From assembly GCA_017417215.1 (NCBI GenBank), contig JAFPZP010000066.1, positions 82,814 through 146,813 of the forward strand: DNA of 64,000 bases, in the 5' to 3' direction. Under the pieces are notes generated by a model. That model was not told the origin of the DNA, did not search any database, and was given only the letters and a program-made list of their open reading frames with translations. This document shows, piece after piece, positions 7,978 through 18,900 of the stretch. Positions within the stretch are counted from its first letter, which is position 1, and each line of letters begins with the position of its first letter. A program made the translations under genes and the position numbers. This DNA is from Candidatus Rifleibacteriota bacterium. GTDB lineage: Bacteria > Muiribacteriota > Ozemobacteria > Ozemobacterales > Ozemobacteraceae.

Positions 7978-9624
7978 ATGTCCGAAAATACCTCAATAGA
8001 AGGAAAAAAAGAATCTTTTGATATTTGGCAAAAAATTGAAAAAATTATAAAAAGAAAAGAATCTTTGATTCTTTTCTTTTTAGTTATAGGAATATTGGTT
8101 TTTATACCCTTAAAAATATTGAGCTATGGTTGGACTCCGTATGATGATGCAAAGCGTCATGTTGCTTTTTCTACATTAGATGTAAAATGGTCTGATGTTT
8201 TAATTATAGATGAAAAATATGATACAGACCACAATGCCGGATGGCATCAAATTTTGAAGTTTCTTTATAAGAATTGCGGTTTTGACAAACTGGATTTAAT
8301 GTTTTTCTCTGTTGCTGGCTTGTTTATACTTGTAAATATTTGCGGAATATTATCTGCTCCATCCGCAATAAGTTGGTGTGTTGCGCTTTTGTTGGTTATG
8401 AATACTGATTATAGTATTTACTTTAGATTATTATCTGGTCGACCTTATATAGCTTCCTGTGCAGCGACATTAATCGTTTTGTTTTTGTGGTCTTTTGATT
8501 CAGATGAGAACGCACCAAAGTTCTTGAAAAAAAAATGGCTAAAGTATTTGTTGACTATAATTGCTCTATCTTTGGGAGTTTGGATACATGGTAGCTGGTA
8601 TCTGTTTTTGCTTATTCCGCTCTCATTTTTTATTGCTGGGAAAACTAAGGAATCATTAATATTAACAGGTTTGGTGCTTGTATCAACGGTTATAGGAGCT
8701 ATGCTTACCGGTAATTTCCTTCATTTCCTTTATTACCATTTCAATGCAACACTTTCAATTTATTCAGAAAAGACTTATAACTGGTTATTAGTTTCTGAAA
8801 ATGCACAAGGTGGGCAAACTATTTATTGGATACCTTTTACTGCAATAATTGTTTTTCTATGCATGAAAAAATGTGGTTATAAATTAAGTAATATTGCCTC
8901 TGATCCAATATTTATGATGGTTCTATTGTGCTGGTTGGGAAGTATTTGGGTTATAAGATTCTGGGTGGATTGGGGAAGAATATGTCTGATATTATGGTTA
9001 TCATATAGAATTCATGATCTGATTAAAAGTTCATATTCTTTAAAAATACCTAGAGTAAGATACTGTCTTTGTCTATTTGTTGAAGTAGCACTACTTTTAT
9101 GTTTTATTCACGACGGTAATGGTAGATTTACAAAATTAAGAGCAGAAGAACCTATAGATTTTTATTGTGAAGAAACTAAAGATGTATTAAAAGGATGGGA
9201 GCCTCAAGACGGAGGAATAATATATTCAGATAATATGTATTGTTTTTATCAGCATTTTTATCAATATCCTAATGCAAAATGGAAATATATTCTTGGCTTT
9301 GAATCTGCAATAATGAAGCAGGAAGACAAAGAAACTTTAAGAAACATTGGTTTCCATGCCATAGAAGAAGCTTATTTGCCTTGGGTAAATAAAATGACAG
9401 ATAAAGATAGATTAATTCTAAATAAACGATTAGATAAGTTGAAAGATATAGAATGGACTAGAGGAAATAGCAACTGGTGGATAGGGAGATTAAAAAAGAA
9501 ATCGGAATCGGAATCAAAACCAGAATCTGAATCAGAATCAAAGTCGGAATCTAAGCCTGAATCCGAATCAAAGTTGGAATCAAAAACTGAATCCGAATCT
9601 TTATCTAAGACAGAAAATAACTAA
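7978..9624 (+). CDS. polytopic membrane protein of unknown function with Ser/Glu/Lys-rich C-terminal tail
   Basis: I prefer the ATG at 7978, which has GGAG 6 nt upstream; the track ORF starts at TTG 7966. There are many hydrophobic segments (for example LILFFLVIGILVFIPL and LLTIIALSLGVWIHGSWYLFLLIPLSFFIAG). The tail is SESESKPESESESKSESKPESESKLESKTESES. Confidence 0.6.
   Translation: MSENTSIEGKKESFDIWQKIEKIIKRKESLILFFLVIGILVFIPLKILSYGWTPYDDAKRHVAFSTLDVKWSDVLIIDEKYDTDHNAGWHQILKFLYKNCGFDKLDLMFFSVAGLFILVNICGILSAPSAISWCVALLLVMNTDYSIYFRLLSGRPYIASCAATLIVLFLWSFDSDENAPKFLKKKWLKYLLTIIALSLGVWIHGSWYLFLLIPLSFFIAGKTKESLILTGLVLVSTVIGAMLTGNFLHFLYYHFNATLSIYSEKTYNWLLVSENAQGGQTIYWIPFTAIIVFLCMKKCGYKLSNIASDPIFMMVLLCWLGSIWVIRFWVDWGRICLILWLSYRIHDLIKSSYSLKIPRVRYCLCLFVEVALLLCFIHDGNGRFTKLRAEEPIDFYCEETKDVLKGWEPQDGGIIYSDNMYCFYQHFYQYPNAKWKYILGFESAIMKQEDKETLRNIGFHAIEEAYLPWVNKMTDKDRLILNKRLDKLKDIEWTRGNSNWWIGRLKKKSESESKPESESESKSESKPESESKLESKTESESLSKTENN
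9502..9600 (+). repeat. imperfect tandem 6/12-nt coding repeat (tcggaa/tcagaa/tcaaaa units) encoding an (S-E-S-K/P)n tail
   Basis: Direct reading: tcggaatcggaatcaaaaccagaatctgaatcagaatcaaagtcggaatctaagcctgaatccgaatca... Confidence 0.7.
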
Positions 9625-9745
9625 AATTAATTATAATTAACTAACCTTTACACTCTTAGAGGTTGCTAAAAATCAAATAGATTGCTATCATTAAACTATG
9701 TACATCTATAAAATGTTTTGATGTTACGTATTTAGGAGCATTGTT

Positions 9746-11482
9746 ATGACTAAGTTAAAAAATAAGAAACGTGGTTTAGCACTGTTTTTTACTATATGTG
9801 TCATTGGTTTAGTAAGTCTTATTGTCTACGGTATGATGCATTTTATGAGAGGTGAAGTTCATCTCTCTGAAAACTATGTGGATGGCACAGTGGCTTTGCT
9901 CTTAGCTGAGTCTGGAGTTGAAGAATGTCTTTTTAGTATAAAAAGTCAAATGACTTCAAAAGACAATGTCATTTATAAAATGATAACCACTCAAGATTCT
10001 GGCACTATAGATGTAGATCTTACCAGGTTGGCTAAAGGTGAAGATAAAGTCGAACCTGTTATGAAAGGCGGAGATATTAAAGCTACCGTTACCTGGGAAT
10101 TAAATAAAAGAACTTCTCAAGAACTGGCTAATCAGGGCATTCCTCGTGATTTGGCAAGAGAAGGTACTATTACAATTAATTCTATGGGTGTTTACAACAA
10201 TACCAAAAAGCAGGTTGAAGTTAAAAAGACAGTTAAAGCTGTATTGCTTAAAGGTGGTATAAATAGCAATTCTGTTGGGATGATAGCACCAGGTCATAGT
10301 TTATATCTTAATGAAGCTACTAGAGATTCATTTAAAATAGATACTTTTGACTTTTGGGATCCATGGGAATTTATCGTTAAGGGCGGTAAGACCTACATGA
10401 AAGACGGGGTTATTGTCGACTTACCAAAATGGTTGATGTTAACCGCAATGAAGAAAGAAATGGAACATCCATGGCTCGACATGGGCATGGGTTGGACTGG
10501 TTGGACAGGTGGTGCTAATTTTACTGAAACACAGCTTGAATATTCCAATGATCCAATAACTCGTGAATATTATAAATGGCAGGGTGTTTTCTCTTACCCA
10601 TGGTGGGAAAAATGCAGCAGTGAACTATATCATTCGGAAACTAAAAAGGTTGAAGAATATTCAGATAAACAAGTTCAAGCTTATCCTGCTTCTGTTTATA
10701 AGAAAATAGCAAATCGTGTTATAGACCCTGAAGACAACCCAACAATGGGTAAGTATTTCCAGGATGTAACTTTTGTTGAAGCTTTTGAACGTAATAAAGT
10801 AACTTATAATAAAGTATTGCCTCTTTATGGTTGGGGCGATTGGAGAAATGTTTCCAATAAATACAATAAGTATTTCGGTAATCCAAACAAGGCCCACGAT
10901 ACCAGTCATGCTGTAGAAATCAATGGCATAACCTATGTTAAGGGTGACGTTTTCCTTGAAGGCTGGGTAAAAGGTCAGGGTTTGCTTGTTGTTGAAGGAA
11001 ATGTTTATGTAGGTGGCGATGTATTGACACTTCCTGATGATAAGGGTTGCGAATCCTGCTTAGGTGTCATCGCTCTTCGTACTGAAACAGATAAATCAGA
11101 TGATGAGCCACGCTCAGGCAAGATTATTTATGAACCTCATCATGATAGCGATTGGTCTAGATTTGGTTTAACAACACCTTTCAGAAATTTAAGTCCTCGT
11201 CTTGAAGGCAGTTTCCATGCTGAAGGTGGTATGGAATTCAAGACAGATTCTTCTATGAAAAAGCTCTGTAATATGGATATAGTTGGTAATTTGTCTGTTG
11301 ACCGCTTTGATAGACGCAAAATGCCAAACGATGTAAGAATAACTTATTATGATTGGCAGAGTATACTCGAAAAGAGCGGTTATGATTACACTATAGACAA
11401 AACTATTGATTATACAAATCTTTATGATTTGGCTATGACAAAAGAAATAATGAGCTGGCGTGAAGTTCCTGCCAGTCTTTGA
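9746..11482 (+). CDS. large PilX-N-like (pilus minor-component-like) secreted/anchored protein
   Basis: 578 aa. The N-terminus KKRGLALFFTICVIGLVSLIVYGM resembles the PilX_N type of hydrophobic N-terminus (RG + hydrophobic helix, no Glu5). The rest has no motif I recognise. Confidence 0.45.
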   Translation: MTKLKNKKRGLALFFTICVIGLVSLIVYGMMHFMRGEVHLSENYVDGTVALLLAESGVEECLFSIKSQMTSKDNVIYKMITTQDSGTIDVDLTRLAKGEDKVEPVMKGGDIKATVTWELNKRTSQELANQGIPRDLAREGTITINSMGVYNNTKKQVEVKKTVKAVLLKGGINSNSVGMIAPGHSLYLNEATRDSFKIDTFDFWDPWEFIVKGGKTYMKDGVIVDLPKWLMLTAMKKEMEHPWLDMGMGWTGWTGGANFTETQLEYSNDPITREYYKWQGVFSYPWWEKCSSELYHSETKKVEEYSDKQVQAYPASVYKKIANRVIDPEDNPTMGKYFQDVTFVEAFERNKVTYNKVLPLYGWGDWRNVSNKYNKYFGNPNKAHDTSHAVEINGITYVKGDVFLEGWVKGQGLLVVEGNVYVGGDVLTLPDDKGCESCLGVIALRTETDKSDDEPRSGKIIYEPHHDSDWSRFGLTTPFRNLSPRLEGSFHAEGGMEFKTDSSMKKLCNMDIVGNLSVDRFDRRKMPNDVRITYYDWQSILEKSGYDYTIDKTIDYTNLYDLAMTKEIMSWREVPASL

Positions 11483-11497
11483 GGTCTTTCTATAAAT

Positions 11498-12463
11498 ATG
11501 ATAACTCCGTTGGAATCGGCTAAAAAAGCCTTGAATTTTGAAATTGAGGCTTTAAAAGAAGCCGTCAATAATCTTGATGATAATTTTACAAAAGCAGTTG
11601 AACTTATTTTAAATAGTTCTGGTCGTTTGATTGTTAGTGGAATGGGTAAATCCGGCTTAATAGGCAGTAAGATAGCCGCTACTCTTTCAAGCACAGGAAC
11701 CCCTTCTTTCTTCTTGCACCCTGCAGAAGCTTTGCATGGTGATTTAGGCATGGTAAAAGAAGATGATGTGGTTTTACTGCTTTCAAATTCTGGTGAAACA
11801 GATGAAATTATCAGAATAGTACCTTTTTTAAGAAGAATAGGCACCAGGATTATTGCGATGGTTGGCAATATAGAATCCTCATTGGCAAAGAATTCAGATA
11901 TAGTTCTTAATTCTTTTGTAGCTAGAGAAGCCTGCCCGTTGAATCTTGCTCCAACAAGTTCCACAACAGTAAGTCTTGCTCTTGGCGATGCCTTAGCTTG
12001 TGCTTTAATTGAAGCCAGGGGGTTTAAAGAAAAAGATTTCGCCAGATTCCACCCATCTGGAAGTCTTGGACGCAAGTTTATCTCTGTAAAAGACTTGATG
12101 CATTCTGGAGATTCAATTCCTTTGGTTGCTCCAGATGCTATCTTGCGTGAAGCTGTTGTTAAAATGTCTCATGGCGGCTTTGGAGCCTTGGTTATTACAG
12201 ATTCAGATAATAAGCTTTTAGGTGTATTTACTGATGGCGATTTGAGAAGATACTTTGAAAAGAGTAAAAATGTCGATTTGGATATTCCTATAAGTAAGGT
12301 TATGACAGTAAATCCAAAACGAGTTACTTCAAATCGTTTGGCAATGGAAGCTCTTAAGACTATGGAAGATAAAGCAATTACATCATTGCCTGTTGTAGAC
12401 CATGAAGACCATGTTGTTGGCTTCTTGCATCTACATGATATTTTAAAATCTCGTCTGGTTTAA
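11498..12463 (+). CDS. kdsD: arabinose-5-phosphate isomerase (KdsD/KpsF family: SIS + tandem CBS)
   Basis: 321 aa. The SIS motif is RLIVSGMGKSGLIGSKIAATLSSTGTPSFFLHPAEALHGDLG. The C-terminal CBS pair includes ALVITDSDNKLLGVFTDGDLRR and LPVVDHEDHVVGFLHLHDI. Confidence 0.85.
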   Translation: MITPLESAKKALNFEIEALKEAVNNLDDNFTKAVELILNSSGRLIVSGMGKSGLIGSKIAATLSSTGTPSFFLHPAEALHGDLGMVKEDDVVLLLSNSGETDEIIRIVPFLRRIGTRIIAMVGNIESSLAKNSDIVLNSFVAREACPLNLAPTSSTTVSLALGDALACALIEARGFKEKDFARFHPSGSLGRKFISVKDLMHSGDSIPLVAPDAILREAVVKMSHGGFGALVITDSDNKLLGVFTDGDLRRYFEKSKNVDLDIPISKVMTVNPKRVTSNRLAMEALKTMEDKAITSLPVVDHEDHVVGFLHLHDILKSRLV

Positions 12464-12585
12464 TTATTTATCTGTCTATAAGCCATAATCATCAATTTAA
12501 AATTCGCCAAAATTCTTGACTTTACTTATTTTTAGTAATTAAATGAACCTAATATAAATAAAATCAGGAAGGAATGTTTTTTGAT

Positions 12586-13566
12586 ATGGCAGTAAATTTA
12601 ATTGGTCGCAGTTTTTTGACTCTTAAAGATTTTACCCCAGAAGAAATCAGATATATGCTTGATTTAGCTAAAGAACTCAAGCGTTTAAAAATGGCTGGCA
12701 TTAAGCCAAGAAATCTAGAAGGCAAAAATATAGCTTTGATTTTTGAAAAAGCTTCTACAAGAACTCGTTGTGCTTTTGTTGTTGCTGCTTCTGACGAAGG
12801 TGCTCATGCAGAATATTTAGGAAAAGACGATATACAGTTAGGAAAGAAAGAAACTGTTAAAGATACAGCAAGAGTTTTGGGCAGAATGTTTGATGGTATT
12901 CAGTTCAGAGGTTTCAAGCATGAAACTGTTGAAGAATTAGCAAAATATTCTGGCGTTCCTGTTTGGAACGGTCTTACCGATAAATTCCACCCAACCCAGG
13001 TTTTAGCTGATTTGATGACTATTGAAGAACATTATGGTCATCTTAAAGGTATAGTATTTGCTTTTGTAGGTGACGGCCGCAATAACATGGCTAATTCTCT
13101 GATGATAGGCTGTGCTAAGATGGGCTTGGATTGCAGAATCGTAGCTCCTAAGGGCTTGCACCCAGAAAAAGAACTTGTTGATGAAGTTAAGAAAATCTGT
13201 AAAGAAACTGGTGGAAAGATTACCATTACTAATAATGTAAACACTGGTGTTAAGGGTGCAGATGTTCTTTATACTGATGTTTGGGCTAGTATGGGTGAAG
13301 AAGCCAAGATGCAGGCAAGAATCAAGCTTTTGAAACCATATCAGGTCAATATGGCTATGATAAAGAAAACCGGAAAAGAAAACCCGATATTCTTACATTG
13401 TCTGCCTGCTTTCCATAACAATGATACAACAATGTCAAAAGATATTGGTGAAATGGAAGTTACTGACGAAGTTTTCGAAAGCAAACATTCTAAGGTATTT
13501 GACGAAGCCGAAAACAGACTTCACACAATAAAAGCTGTTATGGTAGCTACTTTGGGAGTTAAGTAA
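12586..13566 (+). CDS. argF: ornithine carbamoyltransferase
   Basis: Motifs [12 protein letters not shown] (STRTR), [16 protein letters not shown] and HCLPAFH are present. I prefer the ATG at 12586 because its N-terminal spacing matches known OTCases. The track ORF starts 12 nt upstream at 12574. Confidence 0.9.
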   Translation: MAVNLIGRSFLTLKDFTPEEIRYMLDLAKELKRLKMAGIKPRNLEGKNIALIFEKASTRTRCAFVVAASDEGAHAEYLGKDDIQLGKKETVKDTARVLGRMFDGIQFRGFKHETVEELAKYSGVPVWNGLTDKFHPTQVLADLMTIEEHYGHLKGIVFAFVGDGRNNMANSLMIGCAKMGLDCRIVAPKGLHPEKELVDEVKKICKETGGKITITNNVNTGVKGADVLYTDVWASMGEEAKMQARIKLLKPYQVNMAMIKKTGKENPIFLHCLPAFHNNDTTMSKDIGEMEVTDEVFESKHSKVFDEAENRLHTIKAVMVATLGVK

Positions 13567-13604
13567 GAGCTTAGGGCAAAGACCCCCTCAGTCACTACGT
13601 GACA

Positions 13605-13634
13605 GCTCCCCCAACAGCTTTGCTTTGGGGGAGC
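13605..13634 (+). terminator. GC-rich hairpin downstream of argF
   Basis: gctccccc (13605-13612) pairs with gggggagc (13627-13634) around a 14-nt loop, followed by a short T-containing stretch. Confidence 0.4.
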
Positions 13635-13650
13635 ATCTTTAAACTACAAC

Positions 13651-13687
13651 AAAAAAACGCCTTGGTTATAAACCAAGGCGTTTTTTA
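13651..13687. terminator. bidirectional rho-independent terminator between argF and tyrS
   Basis: aaaaaaa-cgccttggtt-ata-aaccaaggcg-tttttt: a perfect 10-11 bp stem flanked by an A-run and a T-run, sitting between convergent genes. Confidence 0.85.
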
Positions 13688-13693
13688 TGTCTT

Positions 13694-14917
13694 TTAACCT
13701 AAGATTATCTTATGGAAAATCTTTTTGCCTTTTTTGATTTTGGCACCGGTTTTCAGCATTTCTTCAGTAAATTTGAAATCTTGAGTTTCAACTTTATTGC
13801 CGTCAACAGTGATTCCACCTTGTTTTACAAGAGTGCGTGCATCACTTTTGCTCTTAGCAATACCTGTTTTTACTAAGGCATCAAGAATACCAATTCCATT
13901 AGCGGCTTCTTCTGCAGTAACAGTAGTTGTAGGCATATTAGCATCATCGCCGCCATTGCCAGCAAACAATGCAGCAGCAGCTTCAGCAGCTTTTTCTGCT
14001 TCTTCTTTACCATGAACTAAAGAAGTAAGTTCGTAGGCAAGAATCTTTTTCTTTTCGTTAATTCTGCTGTCATCCCATTTTTCCATTTCGTCGATTTGTT
14101 CTAATGGAAGGAATGTAAGCATTCTGATGCATTTCATAACGTCGGCATCACCAACATTACGCCAATACTGATAGAAATCATATGGAGAAGTCTTGTTAGG
14201 ATCAAGCCATACTGCGTTACCTGCAGTTTTACCCATCTTATGACCTTGTGAATCAGTAAGAAGAGTAATTGTCATTGCATGGGCGTCTTTGCCTAATTTT
14301 CTGCGGATAAGTTCAGTACCGCCAAGCATATTGCTCCACTGGTCGTCTCCGCCAAATTGCAAATTGCAGCCCATATTCTGATATAGATAGTAGAAGTCAT
14401 AGCTTTGCATAATCATATAGTTGAATTCTAAGAAGCTAAGACCCTGAGCCATTCTTTGCTTGTAACATTCTGCACGAAGCATGTTGTTTACAGAGAAACA
14501 ATGACCGACTTCACGTAGTAAGTCTATATAGTTAAGGTTAAGTAGCCAATCAGCGTTATTTACCATTATGGCTTTGCCTTCGCCAAATTCGATGAATTTT
14601 TCCATCTGGCGTTTGAAACATTCAGCATTGTGGTTAATGTCTTCACGAGTAAGCATTTTACGCATATCTGTGCGTCCTGATGGGTCACCAATCATTGTGG
14701 TGCCGCCGCCGATTAATGCTACCGGAGTATTCCCTGCCATCTGAAGTCTTTTCATCAGAGTTAAAGCCATAAAGTGACCAGCAGTAAGACTGTCTGCTGT
14801 GCAGTCGAAACCTATGTAGAACTTAGCTTTACCAGAGTTTACCATGGTTCTGATTTGTTCTTCATCAGTTACCTGAGCTATCAGGCCCCTGGCTTTTAGT
14901 TCTTCGTAAATACCCAT
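13694..14917 (-). CDS. tyrS: tyrosine--tRNA ligase
   Basis: 407 aa with a class I HIGH-type motif (DCTADSLTAGH), a KMSKS-type motif (HKMGKT) and a C-terminal S4-like domain (ARTLVKQGGITVDGNKV). Confidence 0.9.
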   Translation of the reverse strand: MGIYEELKARGLIAQVTDEEQIRTMVNSGKAKFYIGFDCTADSLTAGHFMALTLMKRLQMAGNTPVALIGGGTTMIGDPSGRTDMRKMLTREDINHNAECFKRQMEKFIEFGEGKAIMVNNADWLLNLNYIDLLREVGHCFSVNNMLRAECYKQRMAQGLSFLEFNYMIMQSYDFYYLYQNMGCNLQFGGDDQWSNMLGGTELIRRKLGKDAHAMTITLLTDSQGHKMGKTAGNAVWLDPNKTSPYDFYQYWRNVGDADVMKCIRMLTFLPLEQIDEMEKWDDSRINEKKKILAYELTSLVHGKEEAEKAAEAAAALFAGNGGDDANMPTTTVTAEEAANGIGILDALVKTGIAKSKSDARTLVKQGGITVDGNKVETQDFKFTEEMLKTGAKIKKGKKIFHKIILG

Positions 14918-14981
14918 CGTTAATTAATCTCCGTTTACTAAGTTTAATAGGTAGCGATTATAACAGTGTTTGATTAAAAAA

Positions 14982-15815
14982 TCAATATGACTTGTTATAT
15001 TGAATACTACTATTAGAGGTTAAATAGAGGAGCTTGTTTGGGCTTTTGTCGGTATATACTGAAACAGATTCCAAAATACCAGTATAGGTTGTATTGGGGT
15101 CTAAGTTGGCTTTGCCAGCATCTGTTATGGTAAAGTAGAAATTATTTCCTTCAGAGGTAATTCTATACATTTCAGTATACTGACCATTATATACTACCTT
15201 AGAGTTTTGACTTTTATTAGATGTAAGGCGGATTCTCCAACTATAAAAATCGGAAACAGTTCCAAGTTCGCTTGGAACAACGGCTGTAATAGTATCGCCT
15301 TTTATTGATAAACTAACATAGCCGTCAACTTTCTGAGGTTCATCTTCTGTAACGATAGGTTTTTCAACTACTGCACCATTTCTTTCGGCCTTAATGATTT
15401 TATAATTCTGATCGAAAGTTAGAACGGCAGTGGGTTGGATACCTTGAGAAATATTGACAAAAGCAATTTTGAAGAAGTTACTTTCAATATATAATATTAC
15501 AGAATCAATTTGTAATTTTAATGTTGAAACTGCTTGATTTATAATAGTTTTAGAAAGATATCCAGAATAATAATCTATACCGTTTATGTTTTCTACAAAT
15601 TTTAGAGGAATACCAGCTATAACAACTGTTCTTCCAGAAGAAGCGGCTCTAACTTCTTTAATTGCGTTAGATGGAATACCTACTTTCAAAAGCACAGAAT
15701 TGGATTCAGTTGTTTTAACCCAGCTTGAATAATCATCATTGTTATTGCAGCCTGTTATAAAAAGAGAAGTAACTGCAAAAGTTAATGCCAAAAATAATTT
15801 GAACAGCTTTTTCAT
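14982..15815 (-). CDS. lipoprotein of unknown function
   Basis: 277 aa with a signal peptide and lipobox (LFITGC). No other motif is recognised. Confidence 0.55.
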   Translation of the reverse strand: MKKLFKLFLALTFAVTSLFITGCNNNDDYSSWVKTTESNSVLLKVGIPSNAIKEVRAASSGRTVVIAGIPLKFVENINGIDYYSGYLSKTIINQAVSTLKLQIDSVILYIESNFFKIAFVNISQGIQPTAVLTFDQNYKIIKAERNGAVVEKPIVTEDEPQKVDGYVSLSIKGDTITAVVPSELGTVSDFYSWRIRLTSNKSQNSKVVYNGQYTEMYRITSEGNNFYFTITDAGKANLDPNTTYTGILESVSVYTDKSPNKLLYLTSNSSIQYNKSY

Positions 15816-15862
15816 AATACTATCCTTATTTTTCTTTCTATAGATTTGTATTATTCATCGGC

Positions 15863-15891
15863 TTGTATGTCATATTAGGTAATGATATACT
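15863..15891 (+). promoter_or_regulatory. sigma70-like promoter candidate (TTGTAT-17-TATACT)
   Basis: The hexamers sit at 15863-15868 and 15886-15891, about 35 nt upstream of the ATG at 15926. Confidence 0.3.
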
Positions 15892-15925
15892 TTATAAAAT
15901 TTAAAGAAGTAAAAACGATTATGGT

Positions 15926-18900
15926 ATGTCTGAGCTATTAAACAACGATTTTAACAGATTAAACGAGCAGCAAAAAAAAATTATAAAAAGTTTTAGTAAA
16001 AATTCTCTTGTTATAGCTGGACCAGGTACAGGAAAAACAAGAACAATTTCTGTTTTAATAGCCAAACAGCTTGAAGCTGGCGTAAAATTAAAAGAAATAT
16101 TAGCTCTGACCTTTTCAGACAAGGCAGCTACAGAACTTAAGCAAAGAGTTCTAGAATATTATCCCAGAAGTTTTGACCAATGTTGGATATCTACGTTCCA
16201 CTCATTTTGTGCAAGAATTTTAAGAGAACAATACTATGAAGTAGGAATTGCACCTGATTTTAAACTATTGAATGCTTTTAAAGAGTCTCTTCTAATGAGT
16301 TTTATTTGTAGGAAAATGGCTCAGGAAGCTTTCCCTGAATATGGGAAGGTATTAAGTAAAAGGGGCTTTCAGCAGGAAGTTTCAACCTTAATAGGTATTT
16401 TAAAATCAAATCTTGTTACTCCTGAAGAATTTGAAGATGCTATAAAAAATACTCCAGATTTGAACAAAAGAACTCAAAAAAGATGTTTTGAATTACTGAA
16501 TATTTATCAGCAATATGAAAAGGAAAGAAAAAAAGATAACTATTTAGACTACAGAGATTTGATAGCCCTTTCTATACGAGTATTAAAAAATCCTAGAATA
16601 GCAGAAATATACCGAAGAAGATTTAAAGTTATTCTTGTAGACGAGTTCCAGGATACAGACCCTGCTCAGTTTTTGCTTTTATCACTTTTGAAAGGTGAAA
16701 ACACAGATATAAAAACAGCAGTAATTGGAGACCCTCGTCAGAGTATATACCGATTCAGGGGTGCAGACCCGTCAATGATGACCCCAAAAGGTTTATTTAA
16801 GCAAAGATACAAGGCTAGTGTGTTCCCTTTAAGTCAGAATTATCGTTCTGCTAAGAGCATAGTAAAATCTGCAACAATGCTTAACTGGTCAGAAAAATTC
16901 TCTACAGATGGTCTTTTAACACCTAATAGCACAGAAGAAGGCTTTATTAAATATTATAAAGTTAAAAACGAAATCGAAGAAGCCAGAGTTATTGCAAGAC
17001 AAATAGCAAACTATCTGATTTATGGCAATAATGGTAAGAGATATAAACCTTCTGACATAGCAATTCTTGTAAGAAACAACTATCAAATAGATTTGATAGC
17101 TGAAAATCTGCAAACTATGTATGTTCCCTATCAAATTGCTGAAGATATGAAGTTTTTTAAAGCAGGGGAGATTATTACACTTGTTTCTTTGCTAAAAATA
17201 GCTGGGGCAACCGAAGAAGATATAAAAGAATCTGCATTGCAAACGGCTTTTTTGTCACCTGTTTTTGGCTTAGACCCTTTGTGGACACAGGCTGTAATTA
17301 CTGATATTTCAAATAAAACCAATAAAATCTCATATGTTCTAAAACTAATTGAAGAAAATCGCTTTTCAGAATTACCAGAAACTGATGAAATCAATCAGAA
17401 TAAGGCTTTAGAATTTGTTAGAATAATCAGATTACTTGAATCCAATGGCAATGAAGAGATAAGTTCTATTATTTCTGCGGCTGTTTCTTCTGTTATACCT
17501 CTTTTGAAAAATGCTTCAGATAGCACTTCACGTAATATTTTGCATTTGAGGAATATGCTTTCTGATTATTCAGAAGTATTTTTACATAATTTCAATAGAA
17601 AACCTTTAATATCTGATTTACTTCCAGAGCTTGAAGAATGGATAAATTACTATGCTTTAAATATTGAATCTTCAGAGATAGTAAATGAAAATGCTGTAAA
17701 AATTATGACTGTCCATCAATCTAAGGGCTTGGAATTTCCAATAACAGTAATTAGTGGCCTTTGTGAAGGGCAGTTCCCTGTAAATTTAAGAGAAAATATT
17801 CTGTTAGGAACTTCTGTAATTGAAAAGCTGAAAAATTATTTTAACTCTAAGAATAGAGAAGTAAATTTTTTCAATCCTTATCCTGGTAGTGATGAAGAAC
17901 AATTAGAGGAAGAACGTCGCTTGTTTTTTGTAGCAATAACAAGAGCAAAAGAAGGGCTTATAATGACTGTTCCAATGAGGATAGGAACAGACCCAACAAC
18001 AGCAGCGCCATTCTTCTACGAAATGGGAATTAAACCAAATGAATTAGAAAAAGAAGATAAGATTTTAACTCTTAGCGAATTTAGAACAGCTATAACAGGT
18101 TTAAATCAAGAAGAACTCTTAGAATTAGAACCAACTTTGATGGAAGTAGAAAAACAAATTCCTAAAAAATATGCTATTCATGGTATTAGACCTAGAATTT
18201 TCAATAAAGCCAAGCATGATTCTGTTGAATTACCAGAAGATTTCTGTTTTTCTGCAACTTCTTTAAAAAACTACTTGGACTGTCCTCGCAAATTCTTTTT
18301 TAATAACCTTTTGGGAATAACAAACCCCTTAGAAAACAATGCTAATCATTTTATAGTTGGAAATGCATTTCATAAGGTCTTAGAAGAGCTTCATAAACCT
18401 GGTTCTGTTTGGGAATTAGCCAAAGAGCCTACAGATGAAGATTTAATGGAACTTTTTGAAAAATATGCAAAACCTATGCTTGAGATTATTCCTTTTTTTG
18501 AAAGGCATAAACACGAGACAGAGATTATGAAAGCTTTGCCTTTATATAGAGAAGCAGTTTTTAAGAATGAGCAACTGCCATGTAGGCATACTAAGGGGGT
18601 TGAAAAGCTTTTTTCTTTTGAACTTGCTGGTAGCAGAATAAAAGGAAGATTTGACCGTATTGCTTTGTTAGATAAAGAAAGCATTCAGATTATAGACTAT
18701 AAAACGACAAAAACCATTGTTTCTAGTGAGAATATGTTTAAAAAAGCTTTTCCAACTTCTGGTTTAATAGAAGACCAGGAAGAAATGCAGCTTCCTATAT
18801 ACTTTTTAGCCTGTCAAAGAATGGGTTATAAAAATATTTCTGCTGCGACTTTATATATCATGACAGATCTTTACAAAAAGCAGACAAATAATATGAAAGC

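Noticed and set aside
9502-9600. Short tandem repeat considered as a possible CRISPR or non-coding array
   Set aside because: The units are 6 nt, in-frame and inside a CDS. There is no spacer/repeat architecture.
11422-12075. 217-aa minus-strand ORF
   Set aside because: It lies entirely antisense to the well-supported kdsD gene (SIS motif). Its composition looks like a shadow ORF.
13590-13603. Small gtcac-tac-gtgac hairpin downstream of argF
   Set aside because: The stem is only 5 bp, which is weaker than the two adjacent hairpins that already explain termination.
14918-14981. T-box or other leader upstream of tyrS
   Set aside because: Only about 64 nt are available, which is too short for a T-box, and no specifier or antiterminator-like structure was seen.
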